DNA of 64,000 nucleotides from Gemmatimonadales bacterium (GCA_038321865.1 JBBQFH010000011.1:1-64000); one strand, 5' to 3'. Counted from the stretch's first letter, positions 18,839 through 29,023 are shown. The notes: a model not told the origin generated them from the sequence alone. Made by a program: numbers and translations.

Positions 18839-21070
18839 TCAGGGGGTCAAATTCATCTTCCGCAGCAGCGCGCCGAACCGCGGGTTCGAGCGCAGGCTGG
18901 TGAAGAGGAACGACCCCTTGATGCCGTACACCCCTCCGGCCCGCTCCTCGTACGCCCGTTCCAGCAGATCCATCGCACGATCCTGATCGCCGAGCCCGGT
19001 GTGGATGTACGCCAGGTGATAGGGCGACACGTACCGCTCCGCCGCCAGCTGGTCGAGCCGGCGGAGGATTGCGTGCGCCTCGTCGGTCCGGCCGGCCATC
19101 GCATAGCCCTGGCCCAGCTGCGCCAGGTACATCGTGTCACCGGGAGAGAGGGCGGCCGACCGCTCCAGCTCGGCGAGCCCCTCCGTCACCGAACCGGTCA
19201 GCAGACAGGCCCAGCCGAGGGTGGAGCGGCCTCGCGCGTAGTCGGGCTCGAACTCGATGCACTCCCGGCCCGCGGCGAGCGCCTCGTCCGTGCGCCCGGC
19301 GCGCAGGAGCGCCGACGCCAGGTCCGCGCGGTGCATCAGCGGATCGAGCTCGTGCGCCCGCCGGGTCAGCACGACCGCCTCGTCATAGCGCCCCTGCGCC
19401 GCACAGCATCGTCCGTACTGGTCGTAGGTGTCCGAGCTTCCCGGGCTCAACTCCAGCGCCATCTTGAACTCCGCCTCCGCGCCGGCCCAGTCGAAGCGCT
19501 GAACGAACTTGAGGAGGCCGCACACCGAGTGGGCCTCGCCCAGCGCGGGATCGATCGCCAGCGCGGCGTTGACCGCTTCGCTGGCCTGGCGGAACGATTC
19601 CTCGGGCCGATGGGCGCCGCCGCCCTGGCCCATGCCGCGCTCGGCGAAGATCTGGGCGATGCCGACGTAGGGGAGCGCGTAGCCGGGATCGAGCACGAGG
19701 GCGCGCCGGTAATACTCCACGGCTCGCTGCATCTCGTCCTCGGTGAAGCGGCCGTAGCACTGCCGCCCCTGCACGTAGAGCTGGTAGGCGTGGAGGTTCC
19801 GGGTCGGGGCCTCGTGAAGGCGGCTTCGCTCGTCGTGCGACAGCTCGGCCTTGAGCGCGCCACTGATCGCCAGCGCCACGTCGGTCTGGATGGCGAAGAT
19901 GTCAGTGAGCTGCCGGTCGTAGGTTTCGGTCCAGAGATGCTCGTCGCGCTCGGCGTCGATCAGCTGGGCCACGATGCGCACCCGGTCGCCGGCGCGGCGG
20001 ACGCTGCCCTGGAGCAGGGTCGCCACGCCGAGGATGGCGCCGATCTCGCCCAGGCTCTGAAGGGTGTTCTTGAACGGCATCACCGAGGTCCGCGAGATCA
20101 CCTTCATCGACCGGATCTTGGAGAGCTGGGCGATCACGTCCTCGGTGATGCCGTCGGCGAAAAACTCGTTGTCGGGATCGGCACTGAGGTTACGGAACGG
20201 GAGCACGGCGACCGACGGCTGAAGCGGGAGCGACGAGGCCGGTCGGGCCAGCGCGGCGGCGAACGCCTCCGCCGTCGCGAAGCGGTCGGCCGGCGCCTTG
20301 GCGAGGGCCTTGATGATGGCCTGCTCGACCGCGGCCGGAACGGCGGGCCTGATCCGGCGGATGCCGGGCACGGGGGCGGTGAGATGGCGCGCGACCAAGG
20401 ACTGGGCCGTCGGCCCGCGGAAGGGCGCCTCACCCGCCAGCATTTCGTAGAGCAGGCACGCCAGGCTGTAGATGTCGCTCCGCGCGTCGGTGTTCGGCTC
20501 GCCCATCGCCTGCTCGGGGCTCATGTACGCCGGCGTGCCGAGTGAGAGGCCGGTGGCGGTGAGCCGCTCGCCGCCGGCGGGCGTCGCCGCGAGCGCGATC
20601 CCGAAATCGCTCAGCACCGGGTGGCCGGCCTCGAGGAGGATGTTCTCCGGCTTGATGTCGCGGTGGACCAGCCCCTGCCGGTGGGCGAAGCCGAGGGCGT
20701 CGGCTACCCGGCGGGTGATCCGCAGCGCCTCGTCCACCGGCAGCTGGCCGTCGCGCCGGAGCCGCTCGCGCAGCGACTCGCCGCCGATGAACGGCATGAC
20801 GTAGAAGAGGAGCCCGCCGGCGTTTCCCGAATCGTGCACCGGCATGATGTGCGGGTGAGCCAGCCGCGCGGTGATGGCGATCTCGCGGAGAAAGCGCTCG
20901 GGGCCGAGCGCGGCGCCGAACTCGGGGCTGAGCACCTTGATGGCGACCTTCCGGCCGTGCTTCCGGTCCTCGGCGAGGTAGACGGTCGCCATTCCGCCGC
21001 GCCCCAGTTCGCGCTCGACGGTGTAGGCGCTGCCGAGCGAATTCTGGAGCCGCGTCAGGATATCGGGCAT
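18839..21070 (-). CDS. Hanks-type Ser/Thr kinase with TolB_N-like and TPR regions, no TM
   Basis: GRGGMATVY, VAIK, HRDIKPEN, DFG, SVAVLPFRNLS...FFADGITED. Start 21070 or 21094. Confidence 0.92.
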   Translation of the reverse strand: MPDILTRLQNSLGSAYTVERELGRGGMATVYLAEDRKHGRKVAIKVLSPEFGAALGPERFLREIAITARLAHPHIMPVHDSGNAGGLLFYVMPFIGGESLRERLRRDGQLPVDEALRITRRVADALGFAHRQGLVHRDIKPENILLEAGHPVLSDFGIALAATPAGGERLTATGLSLGTPAYMSPEQAMGEPNTDARSDIYSLACLLYEMLAGEAPFRGPTAQSLVARHLTAPVPGIRRIRPAVPAAVEQAIIKALAKAPADRFATAEAFAAALARPASSLPLQPSVAVLPFRNLSADPDNEFFADGITEDVIAQLSKIRSMKVISRTSVMPFKNTLQSLGEIGAILGVATLLQGSVRRAGDRVRIVAQLIDAERDEHLWTETYDRQLTDIFAIQTDVALAISGALKAELSHDERSRLHEAPTRNLHAYQLYVQGRQCYGRFTEDEMQRAVEYYRRALVLDPGYALPYVGIAQIFAERGMGQGGGAHRPEESFRQASEAVNAALAIDPALGEAHSVCGLLKFVQRFDWAGAEAEFKMALELSPGSSDTYDQYGRCCAAQGRYDEAVVLTRRAHELDPLMHRADLASALLRAGRTDEALAAGRECIEFEPDYARGRSTLGWACLLTGSVTEGLAELERSAALSPGDTMYLAQLGQGYAMAGRTDEAHAILRRLDQLAAERYVSPYHLAYIHTGLGDQDRAMDLLERAYEERAGGVYGIKGSFLFTSLRSNPRFGALLRKMNLTP

Positions 21071-21197
21071 GCCGGCGCCGCGCGCGGATGACATGTCGTA
21101 AGATGAGTGAGCGGGGGGCCCGGCGCCACGCTCGCGCTGGCGTCCGGCTCGGCGCGTCCTAGATTTGCCCCTCCCCCATTCCCGAGGCGGATCCGGC

Positions 21198-21638
21198 ATG
21201 GCCCACTATTCCATCAGCGTCGATATCGCCGCGCTACCCGCACGGGTCTGGGCCGTGATGTGTGACGCGGAGCGCTGGCCCGAATGGACGACGACGGTCA
21301 CCAGCATCCGGCGCCGGGACGGCGGCCCGCTCGCGGTCGGCAGCCGGGTCTGGATCCGGCAGCCGAATCTGCCGCCGGCGGCGTGGACAGTTACGGAGCT
21401 GGAGAACGGCCGCGGCTTCACCTGGGTGAGCGGGGGCCCCGGCATGCGAGTGACTGCGCGACACTGGATCGATCCGGTCGCGTCAGGAAGCCGGGCGACA
21501 CTTTCCATTCACTACTCGGGCCTGCTCGCTCCGCTGCTCGCTCCGCTGCTCGCGTGGCTGACCCGCAACATCAACGATCGCTACCTGGCCATCGAGGCGG
21601 CGGGCCTCAAGGCCCGGAGCGAAGCCTTGCCCGGCTGA
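21198..21638 (+). CDS. SRPBCC/START-like protein
   Basis: SISVDIAALPARVWAVMCDAERWPEW and C-terminal GLKARSE helix. Confidence 0.85.
   Translation: MAHYSISVDIAALPARVWAVMCDAERWPEWTTTVTSIRRRDGGPLAVGSRVWIRQPNLPPAAWTVTELENGRGFTWVSGGPGMRVTARHWIDPVASGSRATLSIHYSGLLAPLLAPLLAWLTRNINDRYLAIEAAGLKARSEALPG
21522..21553 (+). repeat. In-frame 12-bp tandem repeat (CTGCTCGCTCCG x2.7; LLAPLLAPLLA)
   Basis: Read directly from the sequence. Confidence 0.8.
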
Positions 21639-21657
21639 ACCGAGCGCACTATGGTTT

Positions 21658-21673
21658 GTATACCAAGTATACT
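21658..21673 (+). promoter_or_regulatory. GTATA-N5-TATAC operator overlapping a TATACT -10 element
   Basis: GTATACCAAGTATAC at 21658-21672; TATACT at 21668-21673; AT-rich island just upstream of the HxlR-family gene. Confidence 0.7.
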
Positions 21674-21696
21674 TTCGTAACCAAAGGCCGGTTACC

Positions 21697-22050
21697 ATGA
21701 ACGAACACAAGCGCTCCTGCTGTTCCAGCTTCCACCGCGCCATCGAGCTCGTCGGCCGGCGGTGGACCGGTGTGATCGTGTACATGCTGACCGAAGGGCC
21801 CAGCCGGTTCGCCGCCCTGAGTGCCCGGATACCCGATATCACGCCGCGAATGCTGACCGAGCGGCTGCGCGAGCTCGAGCTCGAGGGAATCGTGGAGCGC
21901 TCGACTACGCCGGAGAGCCCGTACAGGGTCGAGTACGCATTGACGAAGAAGGGACATGACCTGGCCGACGCGCTCCGGGGGATCGGCGCCTGGGCCAGGC
22001 GATGGCTGCCGAACGAAGCGCGCACGCGAACCACAACCTCGAGGGATTGA
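21697..22050 (+). CDS. HxlR/DUF24 (MarR-like) winged-helix regulator
   Basis: CC near the N-terminus, AIELVGRRWT, ITPRMLTERLRELE, RVEYALTKKG. Confidence 0.92.
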   Translation: MNEHKRSCCSSFHRAIELVGRRWTGVIVYMLTEGPSRFAALSARIPDITPRMLTERLRELELEGIVERSTTPESPYRVEYALTKKGHDLADALRGIGAWARRWLPNEARTRTTTSRD

Positions 22051-22053
22051 CGA

Positions 22054-23166
22054 GTGAGCCAGACAAGTCGGACGGGCCGTTCCCGCACCATTCCGCTTCT
22101 CACTCTCGGGCTCCTGCTTTCACTGGGCTGCAAGAAGGCGCCGACACCGCAGGCGCCGCCGCCGGCCGAAGTGGGGATCGTCACCATGGAGCCGGCCGAC
22201 GTGCCGGTGGCCTACGACTTCAGCGCCGAGGTGGCGCCGTATCGGCGGGTCGAGGTGAGATCGCGGATCGACGGCGTGATCCAGGCGCGGCCGTTCACCG
22301 AGGGTCAGGTGGTGAAGGCGGGCCAGGTGCTCTACCGCATCGACCCTATCCGGACCAACGCCACCTATGCCAGCGCCAGGGCCCGCTCGGACAACGCGCG
22401 CCGCACCCTCGAGCGGCTCGAACCGCTCGTCGCCGATCACGCGGTGGCACAGCAGGACGTGGACAACGCGCGCGCCGATCTCGTTGCGGCGCAGGCCGGG
22501 CTGGCCGAAGCCCGGAAGGACGTGGACGATGCGGTGGTGCGGGCCGAGATCAGCGGCCGGGTGGGACGGGCGCTGCTGCAGGTTGGCGCACGGGTGACGG
22601 GGTCGAGCGATCTCCTCACCACGATCGACGTCAACGATCCGGTCTACGTCATCTTCCGGCCCTCCACCCAGCAGCTGCTCGCCTGGCAGAAGGACTCGGC
22701 GGCTCGCGACCTGATCCGGCCGGGGAGCCCGCTCCAGATTCAGGTGACGCTCCCCGACGGGACCGTGCTGCCGCGGACGGCGCAGCTCGACTTCGTGGCG
22801 CCGTCACTCGATCCGGCCACCGGCACGCGCGAGCTGCGCGCCAAGTTCGCCAACCCCGATGGCATGCTGGCACCGGGCCAGTTCGTCCGCGTCCGGCTGA
22901 TCGGCTTCATCCGTGACAGCGCGCTCGCCATTCCGCAGCGCGCGGTGCAGCAGGCGTTGGGCCGGCAGTTCGTGTACGTCGTGCTGCCGGGCGACACGCT
23001 GGGTGCCCGCGACATCGAGCCGGGGCCCTGGAGCGGCAACCAGTGGATCATCGAGAAGGGGTTGCGGCCTGGCGACCGCGTCGTGGTCGACGGCGCGCAG
23101 AAGACGGGGCCGGGTCGGCCCGTCCGTCCGGTGCCGCTGGCTGATTCGGCGCGGACCGCCAAGTGA
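22054..23166 (+). CDS. RND efflux membrane-fusion protein (AcrA/MexA-like)
   Basis: Lipobox LSLGC, VEVRSRIDG, LYRIDP, AEISGRVG, IPQRAV. Confidence 0.92.
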   Translation: MSQTSRTGRSRTIPLLTLGLLLSLGCKKAPTPQAPPPAEVGIVTMEPADVPVAYDFSAEVAPYRRVEVRSRIDGVIQARPFTEGQVVKAGQVLYRIDPIRTNATYASARARSDNARRTLERLEPLVADHAVAQQDVDNARADLVAAQAGLAEARKDVDDAVVRAEISGRVGRALLQVGARVTGSSDLLTTIDVNDPVYVIFRPSTQQLLAWQKDSAARDLIRPGSPLQIQVTLPDGTVLPRTAQLDFVAPSLDPATGTRELRAKFANPDGMLAPGQFVRVRLIGFIRDSALAIPQRAVQQALGRQFVYVVLPGDTLGARDIEPGPWSGNQWIIEKGLRPGDRVVVDGAQKTGPGRPVRPVPLADSARTAK

Positions 23167-26100
23167 GCGGCCACGCACCGGTGCCGGCGCCCGACGCCGG
23201 CGAGCCGGAGGTTCGCTACTTCTTCATCCGCCGCCCGGTGCTGGCGGCGGTGATCTCGATCGTCGTCACCCTGCTCGGCATCTTCGCCATCCAGCTGCTG
23301 CCGATCTCGCGCTACCCGCAGATCACCCCGCCGGGCATCACCGTTACCGCCGTTTACCCCGGTGCCACCGCCGAGGCGGTCGCGGAAGCGGTGGCGGCGC
23401 CGATCGAGCAGCAGCTCTCGGGACTCCAGGGACTCCTGTACTTCTCGTCGGCCAATTCGAGCGACGGCGTGATGACGCTGCAGGTGTTCTTCGACGTGTC
23501 CCGGAGCCAGGACCTGGCGGCGGTCGACGTGCAGAACGCGGTGCAGCTCGCGACGCCGCAGCTGCCGGACGCCGTGCGTCAGAACGGGATCACCATCCTC
23601 AAGGCGAATTCGGATATTCTGGCGGTGGCGGCGCTGACCTCGACCGACTCGAGCTACGACGCGCCGTATCTGACCAACTACATGAAGCTGTACGTCGAGG
23701 ACGAGATCAAGCGGGTGCCCGGCGTGGGCAACGCGACCGTCTTCGGCGGCCTCCAGTTCGCCATGCTGCTGCAGCTCGATCCCGACCGGATGGCGCAGCT
23801 CGGCGTCACGGTGGGAGACGTCCGCGACGCCGTGCGCGAGCAGAACGCCACCAATCCCGCTGGCCGCCTCGGCCGGGAGCCGGCGCCGTCGGGCACCCAG
23901 CTCACGCTGCCGGTCACGACGCTCGGCCGGCTCCAGACGGTGGAGCAGTTCGACAACATCATCATCCGCGCCAAGGACGACGGGTCGCTGATCCGACTCC
24001 GCGACATCGGCAAGGCGAAGCTCGGCGCGCAGAACTACGACCTCGCCGGCCGGCTGAACGGCAGCCCGACGGCGTTCATGCTGCTCTATCTCCGGCCGGG
24101 CGCCAACGCCCTCGCCGTCAAGAAGGCGGTGACGGCGCGGATGGACGAGTTGTCGCGCGCCTTTCCCGCGGGCGTGGTGTACAAGATCCCGTTCGACACC
24201 ACGCCGTTCGTCACCACCTCGATCACCGAGGTGCTGCACACCCTCGTCGAGGCGATGCTGCTGGTCACGCTGGTCGTGTTCCTCTTCCTCCAGAGCTGGC
24301 GGGCGACGCTGATCCCGATGCTGGCGGTGCCCGTCAGCGTCATCGGCACCTTTCTCGGTCTGCTGGCTCTCGGCTTCACCATCAACGTGCTGACGCTCTT
24401 CGGCCTGGTGCTCGCGATCGGCATCGTGGTGGACGACGCCATCGTGGTGATCGAGAATGTCGAGCGCATCATGGCCACCGAGGGCCTCTCGGCCCGCCTC
24501 GCCGCCGACAAGGCGATCCGCCAGGTGGCCGGCGCGCTGGTCGCCATCGTACTCGTGCTCTGCGCCGTCTTCCTGCCGATCGCGTTCCTCGGCGGCGTGA
24601 CGGGGGTGATGTTCAAGCAGTTCGCCGTCACCATCGTGATCGCCGTGGTGCTCTCGGGCATCGTCGCGCTGACGCTGACGCCGGCGCTCTGCGCCCTCCT
24701 GCTCAAGGAAGCGGCCGAGGCGCATCAGAGCGGCTTCTTCGGAGCGTTCAACCACGGGTTCGCCCGGGTCACGCGGCGCTACACCGGCGCCGTCGAGAAG
24801 GTGCTCGGCCGGCCTAAGGCGTGGATCGCGGCGTTCGTGGTGATGATCGTGCTGGCGGGGCTGCTCTGGCGTCGGACGCCGACGGCATTCGTGCCGACCG
24901 AGGACAAGGGGTACTTCGCGATCGCGCTGCAGCTCCCCGACGCCGCCTCGCTGCAGCGCACCCGGGCCGTGGTGCAGCGGGTCGAGGGGATGCTGCGGAA
25001 GGAGAAGGCGGTCCGCAACATCGTCGCCTTTGCCGGACTCGACATCCTGAGCCGGTCGAACCAGCCGAACGGCGCGACGATCTTCATCAGTCTCCTGCCG
25101 TGGGACGAGCGGGACAAGCAGAACTCGATCGACGCGATCACCGGCCGGATCAACGGCCAGCTCTTCGGCATGCGGGACGCGGTCGGTTTTGCGTTTAATC
25201 TCCCCGAGATTCCCGGCCTCGGCGCCACCGCCGGCGTCGAGCTCAATTTGCAGGCGCGGGGCGGGCAGGACGTGCGCGCCTTTGCCCAGCAGGTGCAGGA
25301 GTTCAGCCAGGCGGCCAACCAGCTGCCCGCGGCGCAGGGGCTGCAGGCCAACTTCCGGGCCAACGTGCCGCAGATTTTCCTCGACGTCGACCGGGAGGCG
25401 GCCAAGGCGCGCGGCGTCGGGCTGACCGACCTCTACGGCACGCTCCAGTCGCTGCTGTCCACGCTCTACGTCAACGACTTCAACATCTACGGCCGCACGT
25501 ACCGGGTGCAGATCGAGGCGCAGTCGCAATTCCGCCAGTCGCCGGAGGATATCGGCCGGCTCTACGTGCGGGACTCGAAGGGGGCGATGCTCCCCGTCTC
25601 GTCGCTGGTGCGGCCGCAGTTCCAGAGCGGGCCGACGCTCGTCACGCGCTTCAATGGCTTCACCTCCGCGCTCTTCACCGGCGTGCCCAAGCCGGGCCGG
25701 AGCACCGGCGAGATGATCGGGGAGATCCAGAACCTGGTGGAAAGCCGGTTTGGTGCGGAGGGAGTGGGCGTGGCCTACTCGGGGCAGTCGTATCAGGAGC
25801 AGGCATCGAGCGGGCAGGGCGGCATGGTCTTCGCGCTCGGCCTCATCATCGTCTTCCTCGTGCTCGCGGCGCAGTACGAGAGCTGGTCGATGCCGTTCGC
25901 CGTGCTGCTCGGCGTGCCGTTCGGCGTCGCCGGCGCACTGGTCGGCATCTGGGCCCGGAACCAGCCGAGCGACGTCTACTTCCAGGTGGCGATCATCACC
26001 GTGGTCGGCCTGGCGGCGAAGAACGCGATTCTGATCGTGGAGTTCGCCAATGAGCTCCGGAGCCGGGGGATGTCGATTCGTGATGCCGCGGTCGAGGCCG

Positions 26101-26327
26101 CTCGGGAGCGGTTCCGCCCCATCCTGATGACGTCGTTCGCCTTCATTCTCGGCGTCTCGCCGCTGGTGATCGCGGGCGGGGCGGGGGCGGCCAGCCGGCA
26201 CTCGATCGGCACCGGCGTCTTCTTCGGCATGCTCGCGGCGACGCTGGTCGGCATCTTCTTCATTCCGCTCTTCTTCCGGGTGATCCGGGGGATGGCGGAG
26301 CACGGACTGCGGGGAGGCGCACGATGA
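23163..26327 (+). CDS. RND efflux transporter (HAE1, AcrB/MexB-like)
   Basis: FFIRRPV, GIVVDDAIVVIENVER, AAKNAILIVEFA, RFRPILMTS; 1054 aa. Confidence 0.95.
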   Translation: MSGHAPVPAPDAGEPEVRYFFIRRPVLAAVISIVVTLLGIFAIQLLPISRYPQITPPGITVTAVYPGATAEAVAEAVAAPIEQQLSGLQGLLYFSSANSSDGVMTLQVFFDVSRSQDLAAVDVQNAVQLATPQLPDAVRQNGITILKANSDILAVAALTSTDSSYDAPYLTNYMKLYVEDEIKRVPGVGNATVFGGLQFAMLLQLDPDRMAQLGVTVGDVRDAVREQNATNPAGRLGREPAPSGTQLTLPVTTLGRLQTVEQFDNIIIRAKDDGSLIRLRDIGKAKLGAQNYDLAGRLNGSPTAFMLLYLRPGANALAVKKAVTARMDELSRAFPAGVVYKIPFDTTPFVTTSITEVLHTLVEAMLLVTLVVFLFLQSWRATLIPMLAVPVSVIGTFLGLLALGFTINVLTLFGLVLAIGIVVDDAIVVIENVERIMATEGLSARLAADKAIRQVAGALVAIVLVLCAVFLPIAFLGGVTGVMFKQFAVTIVIAVVLSGIVALTLTPALCALLLKEAAEAHQSGFFGAFNHGFARVTRRYTGAVEKVLGRPKAWIAAFVVMIVLAGLLWRRTPTAFVPTEDKGYFAIALQLPDAASLQRTRAVVQRVEGMLRKEKAVRNIVAFAGLDILSRSNQPNGATIFISLLPWDERDKQNSIDAITGRINGQLFGMRDAVGFAFNLPEIPGLGATAGVELNLQARGGQDVRAFAQQVQEFSQAANQLPAAQGLQANFRANVPQIFLDVDREAAKARGVGLTDLYGTLQSLLSTLYVNDFNIYGRTYRVQIEAQSQFRQSPEDIGRLYVRDSKGAMLPVSSLVRPQFQSGPTLVTRFNGFTSALFTGVPKPGRSTGEMIGEIQNLVESRFGAEGVGVAYSGQSYQEQASSGQGGMVFALGLIIVFLVLAAQYESWSMPFAVLLGVPFGVAGALVGIWARNQPSDVYFQVAIITVVGLAAKNAILIVEFANELRSRGMSIRDAAVEAARERFRPILMTSFAFILGVSPLVIAGGAGAASRHSIGTGVFFGMLAATLVGIFFIPLFFRVIRGMAEHGLRGGAR

Positions 26328-27826
26328 GCCGGCTTCTTGTGGTATGCGTGGCGGCAGCCCTCGCGGGGTGCGCCGTCGGGCCGGCCTACCGCGCGGTGCC
26401 GCCGGTGGCATCCGGTGCGCAGGTTGGCGCCGCCAACACGCCACCGGCCACGCGGGCGTTTTTCGATTCGCTGGCGTCGGCGCGGCGGGTGGACAGCCTC
26501 ACGCCGCGCGACTCCACGATGACGCCGGCACTCGCGGCGGGGGCACCGATCACCCTGATCCCGCTCCGCGCCGATCCGGCTGCCGATCTGGCGTGGCTCG
26601 ATCTCCTGCGCGACACGACGCTGATCCGGTTCGTGCGAACGGCACTGGCGCAGAACCGCGATCTGCAGCTCGCGGCGGCGCGGATCCGGGAATACCGCGC
26701 GCTCGTCGGCGTGGCCCGCGCGCCGCTCTTTCCCAGCATCGGCGTCAGCGCCTCGGCCAGCACGAACAAGATCGGCCAGGGATCGGCGGCGCCGGTGTCG
26801 TTCGACGCGCTCAGCGTCACCGGGGATCTTGCGTGGGAGCTCGACTTCTGGGGCCGGACTCGCCGAGGCGTCGAGGCGGCGAACGCCGATCTCGCCGGCC
26901 AGGAGGCGGCCAGCCGGGCCGTCGTGCTGTCGCTGGTGAGCGACGTCTCGACCGCGTACCTCCAGCTGCTGGAGCTGGATCAGGAGCGGCTGATCGCCGA
27001 ACAGACGGTCGCCTCCCGCCAGACGACGCTCGCGCTGGCACGGAAGCGGTTTAGCCAGGGACTCATCTCGGAGCTCGACGTGCGGCAGTTCGAGGCGCAG
27101 GTCAGCGCGCCGGCGGCGACGCTGGCGCAGGTCGAGCGGCAGCGGGCGGAGACCGAACACCAGCTCGACGTGCTGCTGGGACAGACGCCGCACGAGATCC
27201 CCCGTGACTCACTGCATTCGCTGACACTCGCCGCCGCGGCGCTCTCGGTGCCGGACAGCATTCCGGGCGCGCTGGTTTCGCGCCGGCCCGACATGCAGCA
27301 GGCCGAGCGGGCGCTGGCCGCGGCGACGGCGCGGGTCGGTGTGGCGCAGGCGGCGCGGCTGCCGACGATCACGGTCGGTGGTTCCTACGGCTCGCAGGCG
27401 GCGGCGACTGGCGCTCTCTTCAAGTCGAACAGCGAGGTCTACCAGCTCCAGGGCGGGATTTCCTTCCCGCTCTTCACCGGCGGGCGGCTGGTTAACCAGA
27501 GCCGGGCGGCATCGGCGCGCATGGACCAGGCGCGGGCGCAGTACGAGCAGACCGCGCTCAATGCCCTCCGGGAGGCGGGAGACGCGCTGGTGGGCGCGCG
27601 AACGGCGCGCGACGAAGTCGCGGCGCAGCAGACGCAGGCCCAGGCACTCCGCCGAGCGGTGCACCTGGCCGAGCTGCGCTACCGGACTGGTGTGGCCAGC
27701 TACGTCGAGGTGCTTCAGGCGCAGCGCGATCTCTTCACGGCCGAGCTGGCGCTGAGCCAGGCGGAACTTCGGCAGCTGACGTCGGCGGTGCAGCTCTACC
27801 GGGCGCTGGGAGGCAGCTGGAAGTAG
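26324..27826 (+). CDS. Outer-membrane efflux factor lipoprotein (OprM/NodT-like)
   Basis: Lipobox LAGC-AVGP, WELDFWG, RRPD, LYRALGG. Confidence 0.93.
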   Translation: MSRLLVVCVAAALAGCAVGPAYRAVPPVASGAQVGAANTPPATRAFFDSLASARRVDSLTPRDSTMTPALAAGAPITLIPLRADPAADLAWLDLLRDTTLIRFVRTALAQNRDLQLAAARIREYRALVGVARAPLFPSIGVSASASTNKIGQGSAAPVSFDALSVTGDLAWELDFWGRTRRGVEAANADLAGQEAASRAVVLSLVSDVSTAYLQLLELDQERLIAEQTVASRQTTLALARKRFSQGLISELDVRQFEAQVSAPAATLAQVERQRAETEHQLDVLLGQTPHEIPRDSLHSLTLAAAALSVPDSIPGALVSRRPDMQQAERALAAATARVGVAQAARLPTITVGGSYGSQAAATGALFKSNSEVYQLQGGISFPLFTGGRLVNQSRAASARMDQARAQYEQTALNALREAGDALVGARTARDEVAAQQTQAQALRRAVHLAELRYRTGVASYVEVLQAQRDLFTAELALSQAELRQLTSAVQLYRALGGSWK

Positions 27827-27835
27827 ACTTCCCCG

Positions 27836-29023
27836 ATGAATCAGCGTCCCGGCGTCGCGAGCAGTTTCGGTCTCAACCGGAACACCTGGGCGGCGGCGGG
27901 CGCGATGTTCGTCATGGCGCTCGGCGAAAACCTCTGGCGGCGATTCCTCCCCAAGTATCTGCAGGCCCTCGGTGCGCCGGTCGTGGTGATCGGCGCCTAC
28001 GGCAGCACCGAGGACCTGCTCGATGGGCTCTATCAGTATCCGGGCGGCTGGGTGGCCGACCGGTACGGGCGGCGCGCGGCGCTGCTCACCTTCGTCGCCA
28101 TCGCGATCGCAGGGTACAGCGTGCTGGCGGTAGCGGGCAGCTGGCCGGTGGTCTTTCTCGGTCTCGTGCTGATCATGGCGTGGACCAGCATGGCGAGTCC
28201 GACGCTCTTCGCGGTGATCGGCGACGCGCTGCCGCCGTCGAAGCGGGCGATCGGGTTCTCGGTGCAGTCGATCCTCCGCCGCATTCCGGTGCTGGCGGCG
28301 CCGACGATCGGCGGACTCCTCATCGCCGCCCACGGGGTCCGAACCGGCGTCCGGACCGGGCTGGTGCTGAGCATGGTGCTGGGCCTGGTGACGCTCGCGG
28401 TCGTCTCCCGGGTGCGGCTGGCGATTCCCGACCACGCCTCCGCCCGCTCGTTCCGCGAAGTGTGGGCGTCGTTCCCCTCGGCGCTCAGGCGCCTGCTCGT
28501 GTCCGACGTGTTCATCCGGACCTGCGACGCGCTGGTGGACGTCTTCCTGGTGCTCTACGCCCTCAACGTCATCGGCATCAGCGCGCCGCGCTTCGGCGTC
28601 CTGATCGCCGTGCAGATGGCGACGACGATCGTCGTCTCCATCCCCGCGTCCCGGATCGCCGACCGCACCGGCCGGAAGCCGTTCGTGATCGCCACCTTTC
28701 TCTGCTTCGCCGTCTTTCCCGTGGCGGTGGCGCTGGCGGGATCGTTTCCCGCACTGGTGGCCGCGTTCGTGGTCGGCGGGCTGCGGGAGATCGGCGAGCC
28801 GGCGCGGAAGGCGTTCATACTGGATCTGGTGCCGGCGGGATCTCGGGCGCGGTCGGTGGGGCTCTACTATCTGATCCGGAGCGTCGCCATCGCACCCGCG
28901 GCCACGGTGGGCGGCCTCCTGTGGCGGGTGACGCCGACGCTCCCTTTCTTCCTGGCCGGCGCGATCGGACTGGCCGGCGCGCTGGTCTTTGCCCTGACGG
29001 TGGACGAGCACTACGCGGGGTAG
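27836..29023 (+). CDS. MFS transporter
   Basis: GWVADRYGRR and IADRTGRK motif A; about 12 TM. Confidence 0.9.
   Translation: MNQRPGVASSFGLNRNTWAAAGAMFVMALGENLWRRFLPKYLQALGAPVVVIGAYGSTEDLLDGLYQYPGGWVADRYGRRAALLTFVAIAIAGYSVLAVAGSWPVVFLGLVLIMAWTSMASPTLFAVIGDALPPSKRAIGFSVQSILRRIPVLAAPTIGGLLIAAHGVRTGVRTGLVLSMVLGLVTLAVVSRVRLAIPDHASARSFREVWASFPSALRRLLVSDVFIRTCDALVDVFLVLYALNVIGISAPRFGVLIAVQMATTIVVSIPASRIADRTGRKPFVIATFLCFAVFPVAVALAGSFPALVAAFVVGGLREIGEPARKAFILDLVPAGSRARSVGLYYLIRSVAIAPAATVGGLLWRVTPTLPFFLAGAIGLAGALVFALTVDEHYAG

Noticed and set aside
22740..26444. 1234-aa minus-strand ORF and similar long antisense ORFs (e.g. 130-1578, 19001-20545, 39293-41770, 50648-52591, 61944-63851)
   Set aside because: They mirror well-supported genes on the opposite strand, have Arg/His/Gly-rich composition without motifs, and are expected shadows in high-GC DNA.
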